NCBI GenBank assembly: GCA_026707745.1
Contig: JAPOWG010000098.1
Location: 4,241 to 68,240 of the forward strand
Direction: 5' to 3'
Length of the DNA stretch: 64,000 nucleotides
From: Chloroflexota bacterium
GTDB lineage: Bacteria; Chloroflexota; Anaerolineae; Aggregatilineales; Phototrophicaceae
Of this stretch, positions 16,713 through 26,317 are shown in pieces (within the stretch, counting starts at the first letter, position 1; each line of letters starts with the position of its first letter). The notes beneath the pieces are model-generated. The model was not told the DNA's origin. It made no database searches and saw only the letters and a list, made by a program, of their open reading frames with translations. Position numbers and translations under genes: made by a program.

Positions 16713-17696
16713 TCACTTACGCAGTTTGCTTTCGGTGATCTTTGCCCCCTCATCCTGAGCGGCTACCCAATCCCCGACAGCCGCGACAGCGCGGTGCATG
16801 CCATAGGTCGGGCGGGCATGGCCCAGGCTCGTCATCTTCACGATATATTCCTCCGGCTTGTCGCGCGGGGAGAGCGAAATCATCGTGTGCTGGTCAATCG
16901 TGGGTTCCTGGATTACGACCTCAAACACGGCCGTGTCGCGGCGGGGGTCGGCATAGGCGCGCAGCAGGGCGATGTGAATATCGCCGTGTCGGCTCCGGTT
17001 CGTTTCAAAGCGCTGAACGAGGGTCTCGGCATCAAGCGGTGAATACAAGAATAGGTGCGGCATTTCCAACTCCTTGATGATCCCACGATGGGCTAGCGGC
17101 GTCGCGTTGCGCTTGTAAAGGAAAAAGTAGGCGCGACGGCCCTCGCGAGTGGCTTTGGCTTCGTATTTGCTGTGGAAGCGCCCGGGCAAGTCGCGCGCCC
17201 AGGGCGTCTCCAGGGCACTGCTGAGCCCGACGCAGTCCGACAAGATCTCATGCGTCAGTTCGGCGTAGGCGAGGATGTCAGTCGCGAGCAGCAGCGTGCC
17301 GCCCGATGCAAGACGGCTGATGAGCAGGTCGACGGTCTCGCGCTTGATGAGTCGGCGGCGGCTGTGTTTCTTTTTGAACCAGGGATCGGGAAAGTTGATA
17401 TGAAACTCGCTGACGGACTCGGGCGGCAGCAGGTGCGCCAGAGCCGTTTCCGCCGTCGAATGAATGGGACGGACGTTCCGCAGCCCAAGCTGGCTGATCT
17501 TGCGCTCGGCTTTGTCCATAGCCTGGCTGGAGATCTCCAGACCGATGACATTGGCGTCGGGGCGCGTCCGCGCCAGGTTTACCAGATAATCGCCATTGCC
17601 GAAGCCGATTTCTACCAGGAGCAGATCCCGCTCAGGAAACAAGCTGGTGAAATCCAGGGGCCAACTAACGTTCAGATAGTTTAGTTTTCGGGGCAT
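16713..17696 (-). CDS. trmB: tRNA (guanine46-N7)-methyltransferase with a ~110-aa C-terminal extension
   Basis: LLVEIGFGNGDYLV (SAM-binding site) and INFPDPWFKKKHSRRRL are TrmB signatures. At 327 aa it is longer than the usual ~210-240 aa. Confidence 0.85.
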   Translation of the reverse strand: MPRKLNYLNVSWPLDFTSLFPERDLLLVEIGFGNGDYLVNLARTRPDANVIGLEISSQAMDKAERKISQLGLRNVRPIHSTAETALAHLLPPESVSEFHINFPDPWFKKKHSRRRLIKRETVDLLISRLASGGTLLLATDILAYAELTHEILSDCVGLSSALETPWARDLPGRFHSKYEAKATREGRRAYFFLYKRNATPLAHRGIIKELEMPHLFLYSPLDAETLVQRFETNRSRHGDIHIALLRAYADPRRDTAVFEVVIQEPTIDQHTMISLSPRDKPEEYIVKMTSLGHARPTYGMHRAVAAVGDWVAAQDEGAKITESKLRK

Positions 17697-17787
17697 CTAT
17701 CTATCATTTGGGGGCGGGAACTGGACTCGGTGAATCCAAGTTAGTCATGCATAAATGTGATCTGTCCACCACAACCTCTCCCCCCGG

Positions 17788-17820
17788 CGCCCTCTCCATT
17801 GCAATGGAGAGGGGGAGCGC
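17788..17820. other. GC-rich perfect palindrome / hairpin in the trmB-MFS intergenic region
   Basis: CCCTCTCCATTG|CAATGGAGAGGG (17790-17813) has 12-nt arms, flanked by GCGC...GCGC. No U-tract follows on either strand. Confidence 0.5.
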
Positions 17821-17926
17821 TAATAACGGGATTTGGATTAGATCCAGAAGTCTCGCTACAAATGCGGTTGTTTCTCATTATTTTCTTGGTACTACTTCTA
17901 GCTTTCAAGAAACAGAACAGGATGTC

Positions 17927-19171
17927 TCAGGACGGCGCGACGACGGGATGCTTTCGTTTCAAAGTTTCCGGAACAAAAAACAGAAAAATGCTGGCGGCCG
18001 CCAGCCCGGAACCGGCGATGACCCAGACCGCTGAGCTCAACACAAGGATATCGGCGATGGCGCCGACGACGAGCGGCGCGCCGGTATGCCCCAGGTCGCC
18101 GATCAAGCGCCAGAGTCCGAGGAACTCTCCGCGCGACTGTATTGGCGAAAGGTCGGAGCCGAGGGTCATCATGGATCCCGCGCCCAGACCATTGCCGACG
18201 CCGATCATGAGGGCTGCGAAGAGCAAGCCGCCAAAGGTCGAGGTCAGCGGAATCAGCGCCATACCAAGGGCCTGAATAGCGAAGCAGGGTACGATGGCGA
18301 ACTTGCGTCCGAAGCGATCCATCAACCAACCCGCCACGACAAACAAGCTGAAATCGACAGCGACTGACAGGCTGACGATCAGCCCGATCTGGTCAACGGC
18401 GAGACCCAGCATTTCGGCAGCGAACAAGGGGATGATCACCGTCCGGCCGGCGCGAATCATCTGCGCGAAAACTTGAGCCGTGCCCGCCGACGCCAGCACG
18501 CGATAGTTGCTCTGTAGCACGGTCAAAACGGGCAACTGGTGACCGTGCGAGTCGCTGGCAGCGTCCGAATCTTCCGCGCGATTCCGTGTATAAAGCGCGA
18601 CGCAAAGCACGCCGACCGCGGTTACCGCGCCACAAAAGAGGAAGCCGAAACGCAAGCCCAGCAGAATGGCGACGATGCCGCCGACCGCGGGACCCAGAAA
18701 GCCGCCCAGGCGATGCGTTCCGCCATACATGGAGATAGCCTTGCCGCGCTGTTCCAGTTTGACGTTGTCAGTGATGTAAACGTGCGCCGATACGGTATAC
18801 ATCGCGCGACCGAAACCGGCGACTAGGCGCAGCAAGAAGACTACCCAAACTGATTGCGAGATGAAGAGCAGGGTGACGGAAACCATCGTCAGCGCCATGC
18901 CCATCATCATCACCTGTTTGTTGCCAAATCGCCGTTGCAGCATGCCGGTGGGCACGTCAGCGACCAGCGTTCCCAGACCTTCTCCGGCCAGTATCAGCCC
19001 GATCAAGCCATAACCGATTTCAAAACTGGTGGCATAGAGTGGCAATATGGGCACGAGCAGCCCGTTGCCCAGGGTGATCATCAGCGCCGGCAGGTAGAAA
19101 GGCAGGACCAGGGTCCAGAGTCCGGATAGGCGCTTTGGGCGCTGTTTGAGTTTGCCAGTCGGTGTAGGCAT
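17927..19171 (-). CDS. MFS transporter
   Basis: 414 aa with about 12 predicted hydrophobic segments and an MFS-like loop motif (GMLQRRFGNKQVMM). Confidence 0.85.
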   Translation of the reverse strand: MPTPTGKLKQRPKRLSGLWTLVLPFYLPALMITLGNGLLVPILPLYATSFEIGYGLIGLILAGEGLGTLVADVPTGMLQRRFGNKQVMMMGMALTMVSVTLLFISQSVWVVFLLRLVAGFGRAMYTVSAHVYITDNVKLEQRGKAISMYGGTHRLGGFLGPAVGGIVAILLGLRFGFLFCGAVTAVGVLCVALYTRNRAEDSDAASDSHGHQLPVLTVLQSNYRVLASAGTAQVFAQMIRAGRTVIIPLFAAEMLGLAVDQIGLIVSLSVAVDFSLFVVAGWLMDRFGRKFAIVPCFAIQALGMALIPLTSTFGGLLFAALMIGVGNGLGAGSMMTLGSDLSPIQSRGEFLGLWRLIGDLGHTGAPLVVGAIADILVLSSAVWVIAGSGLAAASIFLFFVPETLKRKHPVVAPS

Positions 19172-19209
19172 TGAGATAGTTTAGCGCGTACGTGCCGAAT
19201 GTGAAGTGT

Positions 19210-20406
19210 TCAGTGGCCGCTATGCTCGCGTATGACGCGGGCAAGAATTTCGATCGCGCGGAGGATGGTGGATTCGTCCGACATGGTGAAGTTGAGGCGC
19301 ATGGTGCCCAGTCCCGCCTGCTGATCGATGAAAAAGTACTTGCCCGGGACAAATGCCACTTTTTGATCGACCGCTTTCCAATAGATCTCCTCGGCATCAA
19401 GTCCGTCGGGACCGTCGATCCAGATGAACATGCCGCCCTCCGGTTTCGTCCAGCGATAGCCCTCCGGCATGAACTGGTCCATGGCGGCGAGCATGGCTTC
19501 CTGGCGCGGTCGGTAGAGGTCGATGATTTTTGGCAATTGCCGGTCCAGGTAGCCGCCGCGGATGTACTCGGTAGCCAAGGCCTGAGCATAGGTATTGGTA
19601 TGCAGATCCGCTCCCTGTTTGGCGATGCGCATCCAGTGATGGATCGCCTTGGGCGCAATGCAAAAGCCGAGGCGTAGCCCGGGCGCAAAGACTTTGGAGA
19701 CCGTGCTGACATAGACAGTATTTTCTGGGGCGAAGGTGAAAAATGGCGCGATAGGCTGGCCGCGGTAACGCAGATCGCTGTAGGGATCGTCTTCGATGAC
19801 AAGCGCCTCGAATCGCTTGACGATCTCCGCCACTTCTCGACGCCTGCTCGCGCTGAGTGTGCGACCGGTGGGGTTTTGAAATGTAGAAACAAGATAAATG
19901 AATTTCACCGAGCGCTTTTCCAGGAGTTTGACAAGTGATTCGGGGATGATGCCCTCGTCATCGGTGTCTATATTTACGTATTTCGGTTCGTAGGCGTTGA
20001 AGGCGGTGATCGCGCCCAGGTAACTGGGGGATTCCAGCGCGACGACGTCGCCAGGGCTGATCAGTACTTTGGCAAGAGTGTCCAGGACGCTTTGCGAGCC
20101 GTTGAAGACCAAAATGTCTGCGGCACTGGCCTCCACTTGTTTGCCTGATAGATAGTCCACCAGCGCTTCTCGAAAGGGCGTGAAGCCTTCCGTCAGATCG
20201 TATTGCAGCGCGGCCGCGCCGTAGCGATCGAGCACGGTTTCGTTGATCCGGTACAGGTCTTCTAGGGGGAAACTTTGCGGAGCGGGTATTCCCCCGGCCA
20301 AGGAAATCATGCCGGGTTGGGAAACGACCGCGAGGATCTCGCGGATGGCGTTGCTCTGCATACTCAAGGTGCGTTGGCTAAGCAATCTTTGGAAATCGTT
20401 TGACAT
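19210..20406 (-). CDS. PLP-dependent aminotransferase, class I/II fold (2-aminoadipate/aromatic aminotransferase-like)
   Basis: SNAIREILAVVSQPGMISLAGGIPAPQSFP and STVSKVFAPGLRLGF (PLP lysine context). The track ORF extends to 20511, but the ATG at 20406 (MSNDFQRLL) gives a normal length. Confidence 0.85.
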   Translation of the reverse strand: MSNDFQRLLSQRTLSMQSNAIREILAVVSQPGMISLAGGIPAPQSFPLEDLYRINETVLDRYGAAALQYDLTEGFTPFREALVDYLSGKQVEASAADILVFNGSQSVLDTLAKVLISPGDVVALESPSYLGAITAFNAYEPKYVNIDTDDEGIIPESLVKLLEKRSVKFIYLVSTFQNPTGRTLSASRRREVAEIVKRFEALVIEDDPYSDLRYRGQPIAPFFTFAPENTVYVSTVSKVFAPGLRLGFCIAPKAIHHWMRIAKQGADLHTNTYAQALATEYIRGGYLDRQLPKIIDLYRPRQEAMLAAMDQFMPEGYRWTKPEGGMFIWIDGPDGLDAEEIYWKAVDQKVAFVPGKYFFIDQQAGLGTMRLNFTMSDESTILRAIEILARVIREHSGH

Positions 20407-20479
20407 GGGGCTTTGAACCTTAGACAAAAAACCGACGCAAGAGCGGTCGGCTCGTCTGACAATTGATATGGAGCGTAAT

Positions 20480-21649
20480 TCAACCCAGGTAATCGCGCAG
20501 GTTATGCGCAAGCTGCGGATGACGAAGGCGGCGCAGCGCTTCCTTTTCCAGTTGACGGATGCGTTCGCGGCTCAAACCGAATTTGTTGGCGATCTCTTCC
20601 AGGGTATGTGGTTCTCCACCGCCAAGCCCGAATCGCAAGCGCAGAATATGACTTTGGCGCGGCGTCAATTCTGCCAGCACTTCGTCTATGGTTTCTTCGA
20701 GCAGGTTTTGCGTGGCGGAATCCACTGGGCTTATGGTTTCCTGGTCTTCGATAAAGTCGCCAAATTCGCTGTCGCCGTCGTCGCCAACTGGCCGTTCCAG
20801 GGCGATGGCGTGCTGGCTAGCATCCAGCATAGCACGAACTGCTTCGGCCGCAACTTCCATCGCGACCGCGATTTCTTCGGCGGTTGGACGCCGGCCCAGG
20901 GTCTGTTCCAGGTCTTGAGCGGCCCGGTACATTTGGCGGATGCGTTCGGTCATATGCAGAGGAATACGGATCGTGCGCGTTTTTTGCGCCAGGGCGCGGG
21001 TGATGGCCTGACGGATCCACCAAGTGGCGTAAGTGCTAAATCGATTGCCACGGGAGTAGTCGTATTTGTCAACCGCCCGCATCAAGCCAACATTGCCTTC
21101 CTGGATCAGATCGGGGAAGGGTAGGCCTTGGCCCATATAACGTTTGGCGATGCTCACTACCAGACGTGTATTGGCGCGTCCCAAGTGTTCACGGGCGCAT
21201 TGCCCGTCGAAAACAAGTCGACGCAAATGACGGCGCCAACGGTCAGTCTTTTCCAGGACATCGGGCTGTTCAAGCCTGTGGCGCGCCTTTAGCCCACGCT
21301 CAATGCGTTTCGCCAGGTCGATTTCGTCGGCAGCGGTGAGCAGCGGTTCTTGCGCCATCTGACGAAAATAAAGTCCGACGGGGTCGTCGGACGATATTGC
21401 GCTGATATCCGCTACTGCCGAATCTCGGGGGGAGTCGCGGTTTTCGTAGTCCTGCTCGATAAGCTCTATGATGTGTTTCGACCGGGGAGCGTCGCTGTCT
21501 CGTCTAAGTTCTATTCCAAGCTCGTTCAACTCGAACAAGATATTTCGCAAAGCGACGCGGTCGTCTCCATCATCATCAAGCGCTTCAACAATCTGTTCAT
21601 AAGTCAAATAACCGCGTTTGTCCGCCAACTCGACCAGTACTTGTATCAC
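20480..21649 (-). CDS. sigA: RNA polymerase sigma-70 family factor, primary-like (RpoD/SigA)
   Basis: Region 2 reads DLIQEGNVGLMRAVDKYDYSRGNRFSTYATWWIRQAITRA. Region 4 reads TLEEIANKFGLSRERIRQLEKEALRRLR. GTG start at 21649. Confidence 0.9.
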   Translation of the reverse strand: MIQVLVELADKRGYLTYEQIVEALDDDGDDRVALRNILFELNELGIELRRDSDAPRSKHIIELIEQDYENRDSPRDSAVADISAISSDDPVGLYFRQMAQEPLLTAADEIDLAKRIERGLKARHRLEQPDVLEKTDRWRRHLRRLVFDGQCAREHLGRANTRLVVSIAKRYMGQGLPFPDLIQEGNVGLMRAVDKYDYSRGNRFSTYATWWIRQAITRALAQKTRTIRIPLHMTERIRQMYRAAQDLEQTLGRRPTAEEIAVAMEVAAEAVRAMLDASQHAIALERPVGDDGDSEFGDFIEDQETISPVDSATQNLLEETIDEVLAELTPRQSHILRLRFGLGGGEPHTLEEIANKFGLSRERIRQLEKEALRRLRHPQLAHNLRDYLG

Positions 21650-21809
21650 GATGAAACCTCTACCTGTGTATAGGTGAATAAGCTTAGTATGTCTATTTGA
21701 CTGTAAATGTGCGGATGGATCTAAATCCTATTTTGTAGGAAGTGTCAATGGAATGTCAATTGACAGTTTCTAACAAAAAAACATACCCGCCGGCTGTCGG
21801 ATTTTGACA

Positions 21810-21896
21810 GCCGCTCGGCGGCAGCGAATTTGGGCTACCGCGCTCACACAAAAGAATAAACCTGCTCGGCTACCGCAAAATCGCGGTCTATTAGAA
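21810..21896 (+). repeat. intergenic repeat family 1, subtype A copy
   Basis: GCCGCTCGGCGGCAGCGAATTTGGGCTACCGCGCTCACACAAAAGAATAAACCTGCTCGGCTACCGCAAAATCGCGGTCTATTAG. It is near-identical to the copies at 56154 and 58931. Confidence 0.85.
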
Positions 21897-22008
21897 ACGA
21901 AGGTCAAGCGCGCGAAGACAGGGCATATCACTGGCTGATTTGTCCTTGATTAGAATTCCATTAAACCCAACGACTTAATCGTTTGATAGGGGCGGAAACG
22001 AGATTGGG

Positions 22009-23253
22009 CTAGCGAGAAAGCACCCTGTTGACGATGCCAAACCAGAATGGCGCGCCTTGCGCCGCGGCAATGACGGTAGCAGCAATACCCAATAGTTTGC
22101 CAAGCAATAGCAAGGGCCAACCGTCTGGATTGTTTTCGGGCAAGTAATTCCACAAATTGTTAGGGTTGCCGCGCGCCGGATGATCGGAGGAATAGATGCT
22201 GAGATCTTCCGCGAACCAACCGATGGGCAGGCGCAGATTCTGGATATCTTGCAGCCTGTTGGCCAGTTCCGCCCCCGTCCCGATGACATCTTCGGCATCG
22301 CTATCGGTTTGTGCCTGGTTTGCAGTAAAGCCTTGGCCCCCTTCTACCGCGTCATTGACCTCGGTTTGCAATTGTCCGCTTTGTACCGAGAAATTCACTT
22401 CGCTGCTGATTTGCTCGCGTCTGATTGGATCTTCCCACAGGGTGCGGGCGATATGCAAGGTGTCAATATTGACTGACAGCGCGATAAGCAGCGCTACGAC
22501 GACGGACAAGGTCTTCATTTTTGCCGCGTAACTGGAGCTGGCGCGCGCCATCGCGCTATTGAACCAGTTTTCCAGGTTGGCACGGACCTCATCCACGGAC
22601 TGCGCGCTGGCCATGACCGCCGACAGCGCGCTTCTGAAATAGGGATTGTCATTCTGGAGCACGCCTGCCATCACAGAGGCGTCATTTGTGGGTTGTAGAC
22701 CCAGTTGACCAATTTGATCGTCGATCTGATTCAAGACATCGGCAAGCGCGCTGCGGACCTGCCTATGTTGAACAAATCGCAGCGATTGCCGCAACTCCGT
22801 CGTGCCTTGGCCCGTGCTCATGACGCGGTTGACCATGAGGCGCAGCCCGCGCCGTTCGGGACCGGCTGGCATTCCGTCAATGATATTGAGCAAGTCGCCG
22901 AACATTTGCTGGTCGGATTCAACTTTCACCGTCTTCAATACGACATCTACAAAGGTCGCCGGTTCAATCCAGTCGACCGTGCCTATCGGACCGCTGGCTA
23001 TTTTCTGCGCTTCCATCTCGGTGATACGCTGGTTCGGCATCACCGGATCCGCCTTGACAAGCTGGATGAGCGGATGGGTATACACTTTGGCGCGCATCAC
23101 CGGGTCCTGTATGATCCCATCCAGGGTATTGCGGAGATTTCGCGATCGTAATCGCGTAGCCCTCGACAACAGAGAGTTAGTCTCCGTTACCAGAATGCTC
23201 AGCAAGATATACACGAAGATCATGCCGACGATGACTTCAACAATTGCAGCCAA
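22009..23253 (-). CDS. hypothetical membrane protein (terminal TM helices, large soluble middle)
   Basis: 414 aa. N-terminus MAAIVEVIVGMIFVYILLSILV and C-terminus LLLLGKLLGIAATVIAAAQGAPFWF are hydrophobic. No family recognised. Confidence 0.6.
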   Translation of the reverse strand: MAAIVEVIVGMIFVYILLSILVTETNSLLSRATRLRSRNLRNTLDGIIQDPVMRAKVYTHPLIQLVKADPVMPNQRITEMEAQKIASGPIGTVDWIEPATFVDVVLKTVKVESDQQMFGDLLNIIDGMPAGPERRGLRLMVNRVMSTGQGTTELRQSLRFVQHRQVRSALADVLNQIDDQIGQLGLQPTNDASVMAGVLQNDNPYFRSALSAVMASAQSVDEVRANLENWFNSAMARASSSYAAKMKTLSVVVALLIALSVNIDTLHIARTLWEDPIRREQISSEVNFSVQSGQLQTEVNDAVEGGQGFTANQAQTDSDAEDVIGTGAELANRLQDIQNLRLPIGWFAEDLSIYSSDHPARGNPNNLWNYLPENNPDGWPLLLLGKLLGIAATVIAAAQGAPFWFGIVNRVLSR

Positions 23254-23340
23254 GCGCGATCCCTTTCGCTGCCGCAGGGTAAGTTTTAGAACATATGTCA
23301 GATTGGAATTTAGTATAGCGCAAGCCTAATTCACCGCAAG

Positions 23341-23964
23341 CTAGAGGTTGATGCTTGCGACAGTGGGGGTGCGCGTGGGAACGGGCGCGATCACGTATTT
23401 CGTGCTTGTCGCCTGTTGTAATGCGGGCATGGCGGTTGATGTGTCGCTCGGGGTAAAGCTCGCGGTTGGCGTAAGGGACGGGGTCGCTGTAGGGGTACGA
23501 GTTGGCGTGTCGGTTGGATAGAGCGCGCGTATGATGTCTTCGTGCATATAGACCGGTTCGAGGCGGCGCGTCAAGGTATTTTTGTCTAGGACATACCATT
23601 CGGAATTGGGCTGCTTGGCGATCACGCAGACGGTCTCGCCTTCTTTGATTGCCTCCACAATTCGACTGTCTGTGGATGGGGACGCGCGAACGATGGCGCT
23701 ACGTACGATGACGACGAATTCCTGGCAGGGTGGTACCGGCGTATAAGTGGGTAAGGGGGTCGGCGCAAGGTACTGAAGTTCCACGATTCTGACGGCGGTA
23801 GCGGTAGTCCGTTCAATGGCCTGTCGTGTTGACTCGACAACGGTAAGGCCGCTGGACATAAAACTACGCAGGCCAATCCACAAGTAATAGAGCCCAAAAA
23901 CGATGGCAATGCCAAGCAAAATCACAAACCAGGATGGCGGTCCTGCGCGTCGGCCGTAAGCCAC
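23341..23964 (-). CDS. membrane-anchored SH3b-like domain protein with a Pro/Thr-rich tail
   Basis: N-terminal TM WFVILLGIAIVFGLYYLWIGL. An SH3_3-like segment VIVRSAIVRASPSTDSRIVEAIKEGETVCVIAKQPNSEWYVL. Tail PTDTPTRTPTATPSLTPTASFTP. Confidence 0.6.
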   Translation of the reverse strand: MAYGRRAGPPSWFVILLGIAIVFGLYYLWIGLRSFMSSGLTVVESTRQAIERTTATAVRIVELQYLAPTPLPTYTPVPPCQEFVVIVRSAIVRASPSTDSRIVEAIKEGETVCVIAKQPNSEWYVLDKNTLTRRLEPVYMHEDIIRALYPTDTPTRTPTATPSLTPTASFTPSDTSTAMPALQQATSTKYVIAPVPTRTPTVASINL

Positions 23965-24191
23965 GATATCCTCTGAAACAATTTGATCTTACGTTAGTCG
24001 ATAAATTGCGCGGCGCAAGCGAGCGTTGAGAAGTCGTCGGATTACGGGCGGTCAGGCGTCCGCCAGCTAGTCAAAAATCGGGTATTGGAGGCGAGGGAGG
24101 GCCAAGCAGCCGCACTGCGGGAACCTGGACAAGTCCCTTCTCATATCGCTTGCATCGTGCATAATAACGGTTTGATTTCGAGGAAGCGCGC

Positions 24192-25094
24192 ATGTGTATA
24201 GGTCGTAGTCTGCGGACTGTCTGTGTCATTGTCGCCCTGCCCCTATTCATATTCTCAACGCAAGGTCAGCAGAGGCAGACGTTGACGATTTATGCAGCTA
24301 CGTCTTTGACCGATGCCTTTGAAGAATTGGCGGCAGTATTCCTTGAGAATCATCCCGAGACGGATATCGTTTTCAACTTCGCCAGTTCATCAAAACTAGC
24401 TGCTCAGTTGCTGGCGGGGGCGCCGGCGGACATCTTTGCCAGCGCCAACAGTTCGCAAATGGATCTGGTCGTTGCGGACGGGCGAATCAGTGAAGGCGCT
24501 GTACAGTCCTTCGCCACGAATCGGCTGGTGCTGATTGCGCCCGCTGACAACCCGGCGGAAATTTCCGGCATTGAAGATCTCGGCAGCAAGACGCTATTGC
24601 TTGTGTTGGCGGTGACCGGCACGCCCATTCGAGACTACACAAACGCCATGTTCGCTTCGCATAACGATGAATACGGAGACGACTTTGCCAAACGAGCGCT
24701 GGGGAATCTCGTTTCCGAAGAAAGCAATGTTCGGCAAGTCGTGGCGCGCATTGCCCTGGGCGAAGCGGATGCGGGCATCGTCTACCAGACGGACGTGACG
24801 GACGAAGTTCGCGACGATGTGATCAGGTTTCCCATTGAAGACCGCCACAATCAGATAGCGTCTTATCCAGTTGCGGCCCTGGACGACACTGCTATACCGG
24901 AGCTTTCCGAAGCGTTTATTGTTTTTCTGAGATCTGATGATGGTCAATCGATTCTGGGCGCTTTCGGATTCTGTTCGCCGTCAAGAGAGGCGGACGAGAC
25001 CACAACCGAGCCCACGGCGGAAACGGGACAAGACAAGCCCATAGTAGTCGAAACGGAAGTAGCGCCTTGTGAAGGTCTGGAAGCTGAAAGCTGA
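24192..25094 (+). CDS. modA: molybdate ABC transporter substrate-binding protein
   Basis: LTIYAATSLTDAFEELAAVF...DIFASAN...GEADAGIVYQTDV is the ModA pattern. GAGGAA sits 5 nt upstream of the ATG. Confidence 0.85.
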   Translation: MCIGRSLRTVCVIVALPLFIFSTQGQQRQTLTIYAATSLTDAFEELAAVFLENHPETDIVFNFASSSKLAAQLLAGAPADIFASANSSQMDLVVADGRISEGAVQSFATNRLVLIAPADNPAEISGIEDLGSKTLLLVLAVTGTPIRDYTNAMFASHNDEYGDDFAKRALGNLVSEESNVRQVVARIALGEADAGIVYQTDVTDEVRDDVIRFPIEDRHNQIASYPVAALDDTAIPELSEAFIVFLRSDDGQSILGAFGFCSPSREADETTTEPTAETGQDKPIVVETEVAPCEGLEAES

Positions 25095-25872
25095 CAAGCT
25101 GCTGCTCGTTGCAGTCAGCGCGTTTGCGTTCCTTTTATTGGCTATCCCGATATTCGTGCTTGTCGTCAGCGGCCTAGGCTCGCGCGCATGGGAGGGATTG
25201 CCGGAATCGTCCTCAATACTGACGGCGACCCTGCTGAGCTTTGCCTCGACGCTGGCCGTCGTTTGTCTGGCGGCGCTATTGGGAACACCGCTGGCATATG
25301 TGCTATCTCGCTTTGAATTCAGAGGCAAACGCATAGTAAGCCTGTTCATCGAATTGCCAATTGTTATGCCGCCCGCGGTGGCAGGATTGGCGCTTCTCAT
25401 AACCTTCGGTCGACGCGGATTTATCGGCGCCTGGCTTGCCGATGCCGGCATCGTCATTCCGTTTACGATACTGGCGGTGATCATCGCGCAGTTTTTCATT
25501 TCCGCGCCTTTTTATATTCGCTCGGCACAGGTCGGTTTTTCCAGCGTTTCGGCTGAGGTGGAAGATGCCGCCCGCGTGGATGGCGCATATGGCTGGCAGA
25601 TGTTCTGGTACATAACCTTGCCGATTGCATGGAGGGCATTAGCGTCAGGAATGATACTGTGCTGGGCGCGCGCCGTGGGGGAATTCGGCGCTACCATTCT
25701 CTTTGCCGGCAATTTACAGGGCCGGACGCAGACGATGCCTCTGCTGGTCTATAGCGTTTTTGAGCGCGACATCAGCGCGGCGATTTGGACCGGACTCATC
25801 CTGATTGTACTGGCGCTGGTCGCCCTGTTTGTGTCGCAATGGTTCGCGGCCACGCAAGACCGGCTCGACTAG
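25069..25872 (+). CDS. modB: molybdate ABC transporter permease
   Basis: The EAA-loop region VEDAARVDGAYGWQMFWYITLPIAWRAL and overall similarity match ModB/CysTW-type permeases. It overlaps modA by 26 nt. Confidence 0.85.
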   Translation: MKVWKLKADKLLLVAVSAFAFLLLAIPIFVLVVSGLGSRAWEGLPESSSILTATLLSFASTLAVVCLAALLGTPLAYVLSRFEFRGKRIVSLFIELPIVMPPAVAGLALLITFGRRGFIGAWLADAGIVIPFTILAVIIAQFFISAPFYIRSAQVGFSSVSAEVEDAARVDGAYGWQMFWYITLPIAWRALASGMILCWARAVGEFGATILFAGNLQGRTQTMPLLVYSVFERDISAAIWTGLILIVLALVALFVSQWFAATQDRLD

Positions 25873-25965
25873 CGCAGGTAAAGTTGGCGAGTAGGACATG
25901 CTATTCCCGCGTTTCTGCCCGCAGTTGGGCTTGACCTGAAAGACATGTTCAATCATAGTTAGCGC

Positions 25966-26298
25966 ATGAGCATTGATCTCGTGAACTTCGCCAAAGCGCT
26001 TAGTGACGACACGCGCCAGGAGATTTGCCTCCAGTTGTGCTGCGTATGGCTTAGTGTCAGCGATTTGGTGGATGTGCTTGGCGGCAAGGTAAAACAGCCG
26101 ACGGTGAGCCATCACCTAAAATGCCTGGAAGAAGCAGGATTGGTGCATATACGGCAAAAGGGCCGGCAACGATTCTACACGTTGAATCAAGAGCAATTGA
26201 CCGTGTGCTGCGGGTCTTTGATCAGCAGATTCGCGCCGGATTTCGCGGTACAGCATGATTTTGCCCAGCAACCGCCAGCCGCAAGACACGATACCTGA
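25966..26298 (+). CDS. arsR: ArsR/SmtB-family metalloregulator
   Basis: LSDDTRQEICLQLCC...VSDLVDVLGGKVKQPTVSHHLKCLEEAGLV is a winged helix with the ArsR signature and a CC metal site. Confidence 0.85.
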   Translation: MSIDLVNFAKALSDDTRQEICLQLCCVWLSVSDLVDVLGGKVKQPTVSHHLKCLEEAGLVHIRQKGRQRFYTLNQEQLTVCCGSLISRFAPDFAVQHDFAQQPPAARHDT

Positions 26299-26317
26299 TC
26301 GCGGGCGACTGAATTAG

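Noticed and set aside
21700-21770. Promoter of the sigma-factor gene, based on two minus-strand TTGACA boxes (about 21743-21748 and 21754-21759)
   Set aside because: No convincing -10 hexamer lies at 16-18 nt spacing from either box, so I did not call a promoter.
24060-24191. Possible molybdenum-cofactor riboswitch upstream of modA
   Set aside because: I could not find the conserved Moco-motif blocks (the CCGAG and GGAAAGG...CCUCC-type cores) in the 130 nt upstream. Only a family-2 repeat fragment and an RBS are visible.
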